DNA from: Cetorhinus maximus
Taxonomy: Eukaryota
Length of the DNA stretch: 64,000 bases
Assembly (NCBI RefSeq): GCF_964194155.1
Contig: NC_135901.1
Coordinates: 36,704,001 to 36,768,000, forward strand
Direction: 5' to 3'
Shown: piece after piece, positions 25,410 through 37,757 of the stretch
How the letters are laid out: each line of letters begins with the position of its first letter
Position numbering within the stretch: the stretch's first letter is position 1
The notes under the pieces: model-generated
The model's input: only the letters and a program-made list of their open reading frames with translations
Database searches by the model: none
Told to the model about the DNA's origin: nothing
Translations under genes and position numbers: made by a program

Positions 25410-26360
25410 TTGAACATGGAAGGAAAAGGCACTGTTCACAATGGGGAGAAACTGTGGAAATGTGGGAAGGGATTCAGATCCCTGTCTGAGCTGGAAACTC
25501 ATTGCCACACTCACACTGGGGAGAGGCCATTCACCTGCTCTGAGTGTGGGAAAGGATTCAGTCAGTCATCCAGCCTGAGGACACACCAGCGAGTTTACAC
25601 TGATAAGAGACCTTTTAAATGCCCAGACTGTGGGAAATGCTATAAAAGTTCTGGGGAACTGAGGCGTCATCAACGTGTTCACACTGACGAGAGACCGTTC
25701 AGGTGCTCTCACTGTGGGACTGGGTTCAGGTGATTATCTCATCTCACTGAACACCAGTGAATTCACACTGGGGAGAGACCGTTCACCTGCTCCGAGTGTG
25801 GGAAGGGCTTCATTACCTCATCCAACCTACTGATACATGAGCGAGTTCACACTGGGGAGAGGCCTTTTCAATGCGCGGACTGTGGGAAATGCTATAAAAG
25901 TTCCGGGAATCTGATGTCCCATCAACTTGTTCACTCTGACGAGAGACCTTTTAAATGCCCAGACTGCGGGAAATGCTATAAAAGTTCTGGAGAACTGATA
26001 CGTCATCAACGTGTTCACACTGACGAGAGACCGTTCAGGTGCTCTCACTGCGGGACTGGGTTCAGGCGATCATCTCAACTCATTCTACACCAGCGAATTC
26101 ACACTGGGGAGAGACCTTTCACCTGCCTCGAGTGTGGGAAGGGATTCACTCAGTCATCCTACCTGCTGACACACCAGCAAGTTCACACTGGGGTGAAACC
26201 GTTCAACTGCTCTGAGTGTGGGAAGGGATTCACTCAATCATCCCTTCTGCTGACACACCAGCGAGTTCACACTGGGGAGAGGCTATTCACCTGTTCAGGG
26301 TGTGGGAAGGGATTCACTTGCTTATACCATTTAAAGAGACACTAGCAAGTTCACAAGTAA
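25410..26360 (+). pseudogene. C2H2 zinc-finger gene B (in-frame stops)
   Basis: One frame of about 11 fingers with TGA at 25731 and 25758 and TAG at 26343. AATAAA at ~26487. Confidence 0.9.
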
Positions 26361-26559
26361 CTACAGTGATTGGATGTTGTTGTGAAATCACATCCAGGAC
26401 TGAACCATGTTCATTGGCATCTTTTTCTGCTGATGTTAATAAACTCCAGGTCAGTTATAGGGAGTAATATTCTGGATAAAAGTCAAATAAATCAGCTTTG
26501 TGTTAAACTCACCCTGTGTCAAGTGTTTTTAATCTCTCAGACACAAGTTAGTTCCTTTT

Positions 26560-28040
26560 GAAGGGCTCTTCCTCACCCCCGTCTCCTCCATCCTCACCTC
26601 CAACAACAAGTGTGAGGAGCTCATGGGGCAGAAAATTACACTCGGCGGGCGAGCGTCCCGACGTTATCGCGCAGTCCCGCAATATTTCACCAACAATTAA
26701 GAAGCCTGTCAGGCCACTAAGAAGTTAATTAAATTCAAATTTACGCTGCCCATCGAACCTAATCATTGGCGGGTGGATGAAAAGGCCAAACGGCCTTTAC
26801 CTTTTTCAGGAAACCTCATCCACGGACGGGACGAGGTCGCCTGAAGCAAATCAAATTTTACACTTGAATTAAAAGCTTGAAACAAAAACAGAAAATGCTG
26901 GAAAAACTTAGCAGGTCTGACAGTGTCTCTGGAGAGACAAAAAGAATTTTGCTTTTTTGCAAAAGTATTTTGCAGTACTTTGCTTTTATCTTATTTAATT
27001 CACTGCCACTTCTCTTCCAGGAATGCCTATCTTGAAGAAGTACTGCTCTGCAGTGTTTTGCTTTTATCTTATTAATTAAAAACATCTCCCTGCTCATGTG
27101 ACAGAGTGACATGAGGGGATATGTTTCATAACATGTATAAAATCTTTATGAATATATTTTTTAAAATCATTCCATCTCCCTGAGATAGCTCTCTGCCTCA
27201 GGGAGATTATGTAGCTCGCTCTCACGTGTATGCACAAAGGTCACACTCGCTCAGCTCGCACTCCTTCCCCCGGCCGCACAGGCAGCGCTGAGCACTGCTG
27301 CTCACATTTCACGCAGCGCAGGCCTTAATTGGTTTCCAGCATGAAATTGCTTTCCGGGCCTGATTGCAGGCAGCGGTCAGCTTCCTGACTGCACCACTCG
27401 TCCCCGCTGAGCCCGCACGCCAAGGGCAAAATTCTGCCCATGGATCTTCTTTGTCATAACGTTGAGACAATCCGATCAGCTGCCTCTGCTGCTTCCCTCC
27501 CTTCCACACGCCCACTGGGACAAACTGTCTCTAAAATTCCCCCTTGTCTGAGCCCTGAACTCACATCTTTCTCCAGTTTCTCTTCCATCTCCCCTCATGC
27601 CCTCTCAGTGCTCATCTTGTCCATGAGACCCACTTTCTGCTGTACTGACCCCACTCTCACTGAACTACTGATCACCCAACTTCTCCATGTTAGCTGATAT
27701 TATTCACAGTTTTGTCTCTCTCTCTTCTGGTACTGACCCTCGCACCTTTAAATCCACCATCCTGACCCATCCTAAAAAAAGGATCTCTCTTTGCCTCCTC
27801 CCATTTCCGATCTACATGCGGCCACTAGGTGGCATTATCCAAAAGCACCGTGTTAGTTTTCACATGTACACTGACAACACCCAGCTCTCCCTCACCACCA
27901 TCCCTCTCCATTCCTCCACTGTTACTAAATTATCAAACTGCTTATCCCACATTCAGTACTGGATGAGCAGGAATTTCCTCAATTAAAAATTGAAGACAAA
28001 AGAAATTGTCTTCAATCACTACTACAAATTCCATCCCATA
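26560..28040 (+). mobile_element. L2 LINE fragment interrupted by the MITE
   Basis: IYMRPLGGII and FHMYTDNTQL motifs. Paralog at 42800-43860. Confidence 0.8.
26626..27439. mobile_element. Non-autonomous DNA transposon (PIF/Harbinger-like MITE)
   Basis: Ends gggcagaaaatt...aaaattctgccc with a 3-bp TSD (atg). The empty site gagctcatggatc is in paralog C (~42858-42870). A Penelope fragment is nested at ~26880-27070. Confidence 0.8.
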
Positions 28041-28046
28041 ACGACT

Positions 28047-28750
28047 GAGACCATCCCTATGAGTTATCATAGGGATACATTGTCCTATGTTTATCAAGCC
28101 AGGAATCTTTCTTCCTAAACAAGGGGAAGAGAGAGAGAGAGCTCTTCTTATAATGTTCAATACATTTCTGAAGATTTTATAAGGTTAATTAGACGGTTAT
28201 TTCTCACAGATCTCCCCACCTAGAGAAGAGAATACCCTTTCTGACTTCTCACAACTGATTTCTGACTAACCTCACTATTTCTAAGCTCCGAGCTTGTTTT
28301 CCTAATTTCTTGATGACAAACCATAGATAACACACTAAAGCTACTAGAATGATCAGAATCAGCCACACAAACCTTTGAGCTGCCACCAAGAGTAAATGTC
28401 AAAACTTTTCCACTAAAATGTGATAACTATCGACTTATATTCATCCTCCACATCTGCCAATCATCTCACACAATTCTAAATTATAGACATGTTGTAATTA
28501 CATCTGGTTCAAACAAAAGTTCATGCACGGACTTTAAAGATTCTCCAGCTCTGTTCACCTGCATCCACTTCGTGGATATTTTCTAAATCCAGATTCTATT
28601 TCCTTCTTCAAATTAATTTGACTCGCTTTGATCTGTTCAATGTGTTTAATTCTTTCCTGAATGTTTGAGAGACAATTTTTCTATGGAATATGTGTTAATG
28701 CCTTGATAATTTAAAACGTTGTTTCATTCTACTGGCCACAATAATCACTC
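28047..28750 (-). mobile_element. Endogenous retrovirus-like remnant: env C-terminus, PPT, start of 3' LTR
   Basis: Manual translation gives coiled-coil-like LSNIQERIKHIEQIKASQINLKKEIE, then HLLLVAAQRFVWLILIILVALVCYLWFVIKKLGK..NQL* (28249-28398). This is followed by the purine tract aggtggggaga and TGTGAG at 28208. Confidence 0.55.
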
Positions 28751-28764
28751 ATGTTCTGTTTTTT

Positions 28765-29100
28765 TTTATTCATTCATGGGATGTGGGCTTCGCTGGCTGG
28801 GCCAGCATTTGTTGCCCATCCCTAGTTGCCCTTGAGAAGGTGGTGATGAGCTGCCTTCTTGAACCGCTGCAGACCATGTGGTGTAGGTACACTCACAATG
28901 CTGTTAGGAAGGGAGTTCCAGGATTTTGACCCAACGACAGTGAAGGAATGGCAAAATATTTCCATATCAGGATGGTGAGTGACTTGGAGGGGAACTTCCA
29001 GGTGGCGGTGTTCCCATCTATCTGCTGCCCTTGTCCTTCTAGATGGTAGTGATCATGGGTTTGGATGGTGCTGTCGAAGGAGCCTTGGTGAATTCCTGCA
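28765..29100 (-). mobile_element. 3' end of the tRNA-headed LINE family
   Basis: Reverse complement of 53975-54290. Confidence 0.8.
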
Positions 29101-29544
29101 GTGCCCATCATCAAACCCCATCTCCTCCATCCATTTTCCAGCACTTGGCCCGTAGCCCTGTAAGCTGTGGTATTTCAAGTGTTCATCTAAATACTTCTTA
29201 AATGTTGTGAAGGTTCCTGCCTCTTTCACCCTGAGTTCCACATTTCATCTGGACCTGGGGATTTATCCACTTTTAAGTCCGCCAATAGAGACTGAGTCTC
29301 AGTTAATCATTGTCCGAATCTGGGGAAGGGAGGGGGAGATTCTGTTAGCAAATGGATTGAAAAATAAGAAAGACCAAGTTCCAGCTCGTATCATTCGTAC
29401 CTTATGATAACATAGTTATGGGATAATCTTGATTATGGACAGTTATATGAGAGGCATTTCAGAGAAAGTTCACTCGGTTGATTCCTGGGATGAAAGTGTT
29501 GTCTTTTTTAAAAAGTCATTCACGGGATGTAGGCTTCGCTGGCA

Positions 29545-29960
29545 GGTTCCAGATAGCCCCACCCTCTGGGTGAAAAGAAAATCCTCAACTCCCCTCTGAA
29601 CCTTCTGCCCCTTACCTTAAATCAATGTCCCCTGAGTATTGACCCCTCCACTAAAGAGAAAAATGTCTTCCTATCCACCCTATCTATGCCCCTCATTATT
29701 TTGTACACCTCTATCAGGTCCCCCCTCAGCCTTCTCTGCTCTGAGGAAAACAACCCCAGCCTATCTAGTCACCCTTCATAGCTGAAACTCTCCAGCCCAG
29801 GCAACATCCTGAATGAACCTCCACTGCAACCTCTCCAGTGCAATCACACCCTTCCTATTGTGTGGCAAACAGAACTGCACAGAGTACTCCAAATGTGGCC
29901 TAACTAATGCTTTATACTGCTCCATAACGACCCTGCTCTTGCATTCAATGCCTCAACTAA
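29545..29960 (-). mobile_element. CR1 fragment
   Basis: Closely similar to 14970-15380. Confidence 0.85.
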
Positions 29961-30140
29961 TATGTCGACAATGTTTGACACAAAGCTGATTTATTTAACC
30001 TTTATCCAGAATATTAAACTCCAGCCCAGTTACAGGGATTATTAACATCAGACGAAACAAACCCCAACTGTCGGAAAGAGCATGGTTCAGTCCTGGATGT
30101 GATTTACAGCAGCAATAACAACAGAATCCAACCCCAGGAG

Positions 30141-31195
30141 TCACTTGTGAATACACTGGTGTGTCTGCAGGGTGGATAAATGACTGAATCCCTTCCCACA
30201 CACGGAGCAGGTGAACAGTCTCTCTCCTGTGTGAACTCGCTGGTGTTTCAGCCAGAGGGATGGGTGAATGAATCCCTTCCCACACACGGAGCAGGTCAAT
30301 GGCCTTTCTCCAGTGTGAACTGGCTGGTGTGTCAGCAGATCCATTTTGCTTTTGTAGCTTTTCACACAGTCGGCACATTTAAAAGGTCTCTTTTCAGAGT
30401 GAACACGTTGATGTGAAGTGAGCTGGGTAAGCTGAGTGAATCCCTGCCCACACTTGGAGCAGTTGAATGGTTTCTGCCCAGTGTGAGCTTACTGGTGTGT
30501 CAGCAGAATCTTTCTGATTTTAAAGCACTTTTCAGTCAGAACGTTTAAAAGGTCTCTTGTCAGAGTGAACAAGTTGATATCAACTGAGGGTACTGATCTG
30601 AGTGAATCCCTTCCCACAGTCAGTGAAGGTGAACGACCTCTCTCCAGTGTGAACTCGCTTGTGTGTCAGCAAGTTGGATAACTGAGTGAATCTCTTCCCA
30701 CACTCAGAGCAGGTTAATGGCCTCTCTCCAGTGTGAACTCACTGGTGTATCAGCAGATTCCTTTTGATTTTAAAGCTCTTCTCATAGTCGCAACACTTGA
30801 GGTGGGTTAGGAGAGTGAATTCCTTCCCACACTCGGAACAGATGAAAGGCCTCTCCCCAGTGTGTGTGCGCTGATGAGTTTCCAGCTCAGATGGGGAACT
30901 GAATCCCTCCCCACAGTCCCCACATTTCGGTGTCCCCATGTCTCTCCATGTTGGACGATCACTTGAATCCTTGCCCACACACACAACACTTGCACAGTTT
31001 CTCCCCATTGTGCATGGTGAGATTTTTTTTCAGATGGTGTAACAGGTTAAAGCTCTTTCCACTGGAGCACTCTTACTCGGGCGTGTCTGTGTCTCGGTGC
31101 TTTTCCAGTCACACTGATGTTTGAAATCTTTTCCCACAGATAGAACAGACAAATATTTCTCCTTCCACAGTCAAGGATCAATGATATCCAGGTCC
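30141..31195 (-). pseudogene. C2H2 zinc-finger gene E (divergent subfamily, disrupted)
   Basis: Finger ORF fragments 30141..30365 and 30739..31008 with several frameshifts. The leader is split by a CR1 insertion. The 3' UTR with AATAAA (~29990) is homologous to those of B, C and D. Confidence 0.88.
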
Positions 31196-32590
31196 AACAT
31201 CAGGAATTATAGACCAGTCAGCCTGACGTTGGTAGTGGGTAAAATTCTAGAGTCCATGATAAAAGATTTAATAGCTGAGCACTTGGTAAACAGTGGCAAT
31301 ATGGGACAGAGCCAGCATGGATTTATGAAAGGGAAATCATGCTTGACAAAACTACTGGAATTTTTCGAGATGTAACTAGTAGAGTTGATGAGGGGGAGCC
31401 AGTGGATGTGATTTATTTGGACTTTCAGAAGGCCTTCGACAGTGTCCCACATAAGAGATTAGCGTGTAAAATTAAAGCGCTTGGGATTGGGGGTTGTGTA
31501 TTTATATGGATAGAAAACTGGTTGGCAGGCAGGAAACAAAGAGTAGGAATAAACAGGTCTTTTTTTGAAATGGCAGGCAGTGACTAGTGGGGTAGCGCAG
31601 GGATCGGTGCTGAGACTACAGCTATTCACAATATACGTTAATGATTTAGATGAAGGAACTGAATGTAATATCTCCAAGTTTGCAGATGACACAAAGCTGG
31701 GTGCGAGGATGAGCCGTGAGGAGGATGCAGAGATGCTTCAGTGTGATTTGGACAATCTGAGTGAGTGCGCAAATGCATGGCAGATGCAGTATAATGTGGA
31801 TAAATGTGAGGTTATCCAATTTGGTAGCAAAGACCGGAAGGCAGATAATTACCTGAATGGCTGTAAATTGAGAGAGGGGAATGTGCAACGAGACCTGGGT
31901 GTCTTCGTACACCAATCACTGAAGGTAAGCAGGCAGTAAAGAAGGCAAATGGCCTTCAGAGCGAGAGGATTCGAGTAAGGGGCAGGGGTGTCTTGCTTCA
32001 ATTATTCAGGACCTTGATGAGACCACACCTGGAATATTGTGTGCAGTTTTGGTCTCCTTATCTGAGGAAGGATGTTCTTGCTACAGACAGAGTGAGGCGA
32101 AGATTTACCAGACAGGTTCCTGGGATGGCGGGACTGACATATGAGGAGAGATTGAGTCGGTTAGGATTATATTCGCTGGAGTTCAGAAGAATGAGGCGGG
32201 ATCTCCCAGAAACCTATACAATTCTAACAGGACAAGACAGAGCAGATGCAGGAAGGATGTTCCCAATGGTGGGGGAGTCCAGAACCAGGGGTCACAGTCT
32301 AAGGATATGGGGTAAACCATTGAGGACTGAGATGGGGAGAAATTTCTTCACCCAGAGAGTGGTGAGCCTGTGGAATTCACTACCACAGGAAGTAGTTGAG
32401 GCAAAAACATTGTATGTTTTCAAGAAGGAGTTCGATATAGCTCTTGGGTCGAAAGGGATCAAAGGATATGGGGAGAAAGCGGGAGAAGACTACTGAGTTG
32501 GATGATCAGCCATGATCATAATGAATGGCGGAGCAGGCTTGAAGGGCAGGATGGCCTACTCCTGCTCCTATTTTCTATGTTTCTATGTTT
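31196..32590 (+). mobile_element. CR1 LINE inserted antisense into the leader of gene E
   Basis: YLDFQKAFD, KFADD and WNSLP motifs with a (ctatgttt)n tail. The flanks rejoin to caggtcctgRtgaat as at 10953. Confidence 0.93.
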
Positions 32591-33229
32591 CCTGGTGAAT
32601 CGAGTGACTCTGTCAGATCTTGATGTGAAGTTTGGTTTTAGGTTCCTATCTGCAAATCATCTCCCTCTTGTACCCTGTAAAAGGAGTTTACAAAAATCTT
32701 CATCGTAAATACAGGATAGAAATTCAAAACAGAAAATTCGAGTTTCTTTGGTACATTCTTCACCCAAACATGTGGTCCAATCAAACTGAAAGAAGTTCAA
32801 ATCAGCAACAAAGTCCCAATAAAAGCAAAGGGAACCTTCCTAACTAAACCAGAATGTTGTTTCCAGTGTCTATGAGACACTCTGTACTCTGAGGTGCCCA
32901 CCGGCTGTGGGAGGTATCAAGCATACCGGTGGGCACCGCATGTTCCCTCTCCAGGGCCACCCGGGCACGGGCAAGGCCATGGAAAAGAGGTCGGCAGCCA
33001 GTGTGACCACCCTCATGTGTGTCACCCATCCTGGATCTAGAAATTCCTGTTTTAAACAGGCCCATGAACATTTACAGGAGAAGATTCTCTGATTTATCCA
33101 CCACACCCCCCACCCCTCCCTACCACCCCCCCTTTACACTGGGCAGCCAGAGATTAGGACTGTGGGGCTGAAGTATCGCCAGAGGTTGAGGATCAGCCCC
33201 ACAGGGGCTGCCACCTCTCACCCTGAATA

Positions 33230-33340
33230 TGCAAATGGCCCATGGACTCACTCACTGTCACATCCACAAGAAGGCCGCGCATGCGCCCTGCTCCCTGTTG
33301 AAACAAGATGGCGGCCGTTACCCTGGGTCTGGGTCTCGGA
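33230..33340 (-). promoter_or_regulatory. Promoter-region remnant of gene E
   Basis: NRF1-like gcgcatgcgc next to YY1 caagatggcggc. Paralogous to 715-765. Confidence 0.55.
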
Positions 33341-33654
33341 AAAAATAAAAATAAAAACTCAATAAAATTAGCGATCAAATTATAGAGAAACCTGAATGTA
33401 ACAGAACATCCATTATCCACCGGAAAGATGGGGAGTGGGAATTGTCCATCTCAGTCTCGTCAACAGATACTTAATGAGGGGACATTATTCTCTGTGTCTT
33501 TCCCGGACCTGGAGATGGAAAAGGGGCAAATGAATGAACTTTAAACACCTCGTCCACTTGGCACAGAAACTGTCTGAAACTCAGAATAGAAACCACATGG
33601 AACAAAATACTGACAAATACTAAACTGTTGGCTACAAATAAATAAAAATATATA

Positions 33655-34020
33655 TTGGGGGAGTGTCACAGTGGGAATGTCACTGGACTAATAATCCAGA
33701 AAACCAGTTTGATGCTCTGGGGACAGGGGTTCAAATCCCACCACAGCAGCTGGTGGAATTTAAAATCAATTATTAAATCTGGAATTGAAAGCGAGTCTCA
33801 ATACGGGCGACAATTCAGCCATTGTCGATTGTCATAAAAACCCACCTGGTTCACTAATGTCCTTTCGGGAAAGAAATCTGCCGTCCTTACCTGGTCTGAC
33901 ATGTGACTCCAGGTCCACACTGAAATGTGGTTACTCTTAATAATCCTCTGAAATGGTGTGGCAAGCACTTGCTCCAAGGGCAACAAATGCTGGCCCCGCC
34001 CTCATTCCATGAAAGAAAGT
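33655..34020 (+). mobile_element. Full-length tRNA-headed SINE
   Basis: Degenerate A box, B box ggttcaaatcc, conserved body and LINE-type tail (caagggcaacaaatgctggcc...ccatgaa). Confidence 0.85.
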
Positions 34021-34119
34021 TTTCAACACCACCGCTACTGAATGGCTACAATTTCGGAAGGAAGTGAAGACAGAGGGTCCAGAAAAGATGCAAGAGAACG
34101 GTTCCCCTTCCAAGGATAA

Positions 34120-34995
34120 CAAACCAACTTCACCTAACCTAATTGAAGTTCCTCATCTCTCGTGAATCTTTCCTGCACACTCTCACATTCTTCCTAAAGC
34201 TCAGAATTGGACACAATGCTGCAGTTGGGTCCAAACCAGTGTTTTATTCAGGTTTATTCTAACTTGGTTGATTTTGTACTTTATTCGTGTATTCATAAAA
34301 CCCAGGATTCCACATGTTTTATTCACTGCTTTCTCAGCCTGCCCTGCCATCTTCAATGATTTGTGTACATATAGCCCCAGATTACGCTGCTCCTGCACCT
34401 TTTTACACTTGTATCCTTTATTTTATATTGCCTCTCCTTGTTCTTCCTACCGAAATGAATCACTTCACACCTCTGAATTAAATTTTATCTGCCACCTGTC
34501 TGCCCATTCCACCACCTCTTGAGGTTTATCATCATCCTCCCCACTGTAAACACAACTTGAAAATGTGGTGTCATTTGCAAATTTTGAAATGCAGCCCTGC
34601 ACACACAAGTCTAGGTCATTAATATATATCAAGAAATCAGTGGTCTGACCACCGACCCCTTGTGATCCCACTGTATACTTTTCCTCAATTTGAAAAAGCA
34701 ACCGTTCACCATGCATGTTGTTGCCTGTCACACAGCCAATGCTGCCTCTGCCCCATGGATTTTAACTCTGCTGACAAGCCTGTTACTTGGCACTGTATCA
34801 AATGCCGTTTAGCAGTTCATGTGCACATCAACCGTGTTACCTTCATCAACATTCTCTGTTGCCTTATCAAAAACTCAAGAAATTTAGTTCAACACGATTG
34901 TCCTGAACAAATTGTACAAGTGACCTAATTTTAACGTGAATTGCTGCTTCTAAATGCTTTCCCACACAGAGGTTAAACTGACTGGTCTGTCAATG
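34120..34995 (-). mobile_element. Old CR1 fragment
   Basis: IYINDLD, SKFAND and WQIKFN motifs. Confidence 0.85.
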
Positions 34996-35513
34996 CTATG
35001 CTGACCCTTCCATTTAAGATTACTAAAGATTTAATATTAGTGCCAGGAAGTGTGAGAAAAACGTGAGGAGTTGTGAAATTGTAACATTTAAAGACACTGA
35101 TAACTGATAAATAGCTCAATAAATAATCAGAATTCAAAAAATAAAGTACAGATAAATTAATTTATGAATAACTGAATTGAATTATTAATAATATCAGGTA
35201 GAGTGCTTGGAATGGAGAAACAAAAATTACTGCAATGCTTAAAATATGAAATGAAAAGAGTAAAAACTAGAAACACTCAGTAGGTCTGGAAGAATCTGTA
35301 GAGAGAGAAACAGAATTACCGTTTCAGGTCTGTGAGTCAGTGAAATGGGGGAGGTGGAACAGGAACAGAAGGACAGGTCTGTGAAAGGCTGCAGGGTGGG
35401 AGCGATTAACTGACAAAAGGTTTCATGATGCAAGGCCAAAGGGAGTGGTAATGGGACTATTAAAATCACAAAAGCTGTTTCTAGATTAGGTGTGAATGGC
35501 ACGAGAACAACAG

Positions 35514-35597
35514 AAACAAAAACAGAATTACCTGTAATTCTGTTTTTGTTTTGGATTTCCAGCATCCGCAGTAGCTTTTAGCTTTTTGTTTTTATCT
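35514..35597. mobile_element. 84-bp Penelope footprint (18-bp hairpin + tail) with 14-bp TSD
   Basis: aaacaaaaacagaattac-ct-gtaattctgtttttgttt. Flanks are cacgagaacaacag and cacgataacaacag. Confidence 0.8.
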
Positions 35598-35992
35598 CAC
35601 GATAACAACAGTCTGAATGCAATGTGCAGAAAATGAGATAAATGAGAAAGGAAAACCAGGACTCAAAGAAATAAGGAACAAATGAGGGCAGAGATTATGA
35701 TAGAAAATTGTTGAACACAAATTTTGATTCCCGAAGTCTGTAAAGCGTCTCCTTTTGATCTGGTAATGAACTGTTACATTTCTATATATTCTCAGGTCAG
35801 ATGAAAGGTCACAGAGCTGTCACGTTAACTCTGTTTCTCTTGACACAGATTAAGGCCTGACCTGCTGAGGAATTCCAGCATTTTCAGATTCATGCCGGGA
35901 TTGTAGACTGAGAGTTTGTAAAGATAGAGATTGTCCCATATTAATTTGCCACATCGATAACAGAAGTCTCGATCTCATGTAACTCCAGTCTC

Positions 35993-36562
35993 ATTGTTTT
36001 ATATTTGAGCCTGAGGGAGAACGTTCACTGTTTTATATTCGGGTCTGGGGGATAATGTTCACTGTTTTATATTCGGGTCTGGGGGATAATGTTCACTTTT
36101 ATATTCGAGTCTAGGGGGGATAATGTTCACTGTTTTATATTCGTTCCTTGGAGGATAATGTTCATTGTTTTATATTCGGGTCTGGGGGATAATGTTCACT
36201 GTTTTATATTCGGGTCTGGGGGATAATGTTCACTATTTTATATTCGAGATTGGCGGGATAATGTACACTGTATTGTATTCGGGTCTGGGGGATAATGTTC
36301 ACTGTTTTATATTCGGGTCTGGGGGATAATGTTCACTGTTTTATATTCGGGTCTGGGGGATAATGTTCACTTTTTCATATTCGGGTCTGGGGGATAATGT
36401 TCACTGTTTTATATTCGGGTCTGGGGATAATGTTCACTGTTTTATATTTGGGACTGGCGGGATAATGTTCACTGTATTGTATTCGGGTCTGAAGGATAAT
36501 GTTCACTGTTTTATATTCGGGTCTGGGGGATAATGTTCACTGTTTTATATGCTGGTCTGGTG
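35993..36562. repeat. 33-34-bp minisatellite, ~17 copies
   Basis: Unit gggggataatgttcactgttttatattcgggtct, head-to-tail with no spacers. Confidence 0.95.
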
Positions 36563-37716
36563 CGGATTAAAATGAAGAGCCTCTTTAGTTGAGTACAGTA
36601 ACTGCATTTTTGGCTCTGACTTTAAACATAAGAATCTATCCTGTTGTGTGGGACAAAAATTTTCAGTTTTGCTGGATTCAATTAAGGCGAGTTTAAAGCT
36701 AAATCCAGCAATTCTGTAAATTTAAACTAAAACCAGACAAGCAGAAAGCTGCTGTTGGTTAAAGGCCCCGGGGTGGTGGTGGGGTCAGGTGTCCGGAGGA
36801 AGTCGGACACACACACTGCACAGGGTGAGCAGGGGAAAGGGGAGGAATTACTTGGTTAAACAGGGAGCCAGGGACAAAACCAGAAGGTGGGAATCACTTT
36901 GAATGGAGCAGCGTGATAGAGACAAGTCAGAGAATTATAGCATGGTTGCAGCAAAAGAAGGAGGCCATTCAGCCAGTCATGTCCGTATTAGCCCCCTGAA
37001 GGGACAATTTACCTAATGCCACATCCCTGCCTTTGCCACATAGCCCTGCAATTAAAAAAGATTAAACAAGCCTTAAACAAAACTTGTATGAAACAAGATG
37101 TTTACGTGAAGGGACAGCAGAAAAAAAGAAAAACAACTTGTTTCCAGAGTGTATCGGGAGTGGGGAGCAGCATAATGTACCTGTGAGGATCAATGAGGAC
37201 CCCCAAGGTCCATCAGCCGTCTGCATGCAGTGTTTAATGAGCCCTGGGGGAGGGGAGGACGGAACCATTTGGGACACAGCACAGGGCGGGAGGTCACCCC
37301 TCCCCCACTGTCTTGGTTACACAAACGACTCACCTTTGACTGTCCCACACCTGGGCAGGGCGGGATCAAGGTGCAGGAAGCTGCAAGCTGGTTGATTGAG
37401 CTGTGAATTGCGCGGAGTTAGGGGGTTTGAGTGACAGGTCTGGGGCTATATCAGAGCAGGCACAGTCACTGCTCCCCCTTTCCCTCGTGGAAGTTTCACT
37501 GGAGTCGTGTTGGTGAGTGTTTCTAAACTCTGTCTCACTATCCCGGGAATGGAGGTGGTTTGGAGGTTGCTGTGAGTGTTGGATTATATTGTTTCTCCTC
37601 ATTCTTCCCGCTTCTCCCACTCCCAGTTCCAGGCTGCTGCTCCCGGTGATTCTGGAACAAAAACAGAATTACCTGGAAAAACTCAGCAGGTCTGGCAGCA
37701 TCGGTGGAGAAGAAAA

Positions 37717-37757
37717 CAGTTGACATTTCGAGTCCTCATGACCCTTCGGCAGAACTG
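37717..37757 (-). ncRNA. Minimal type I hammerhead-like motif (variant core)
   Basis: cagtt-CTGCCGA-agggtcatgaggactc-GAAA-tgtc-aactg. Confidence 0.55.

Noticed and set aside
28047-29430. DNA transposon defined by inverted similarity at ~28050 and ~29410
   Set aside because: The match is gapped, there is no TSD, and the interior is better explained as env/LTR plus LINE fragments.
35993-36562. CRISPR array
   Set aside because: The units are contiguous with no unique spacers, there are no cas genes, and the context is vertebrate.
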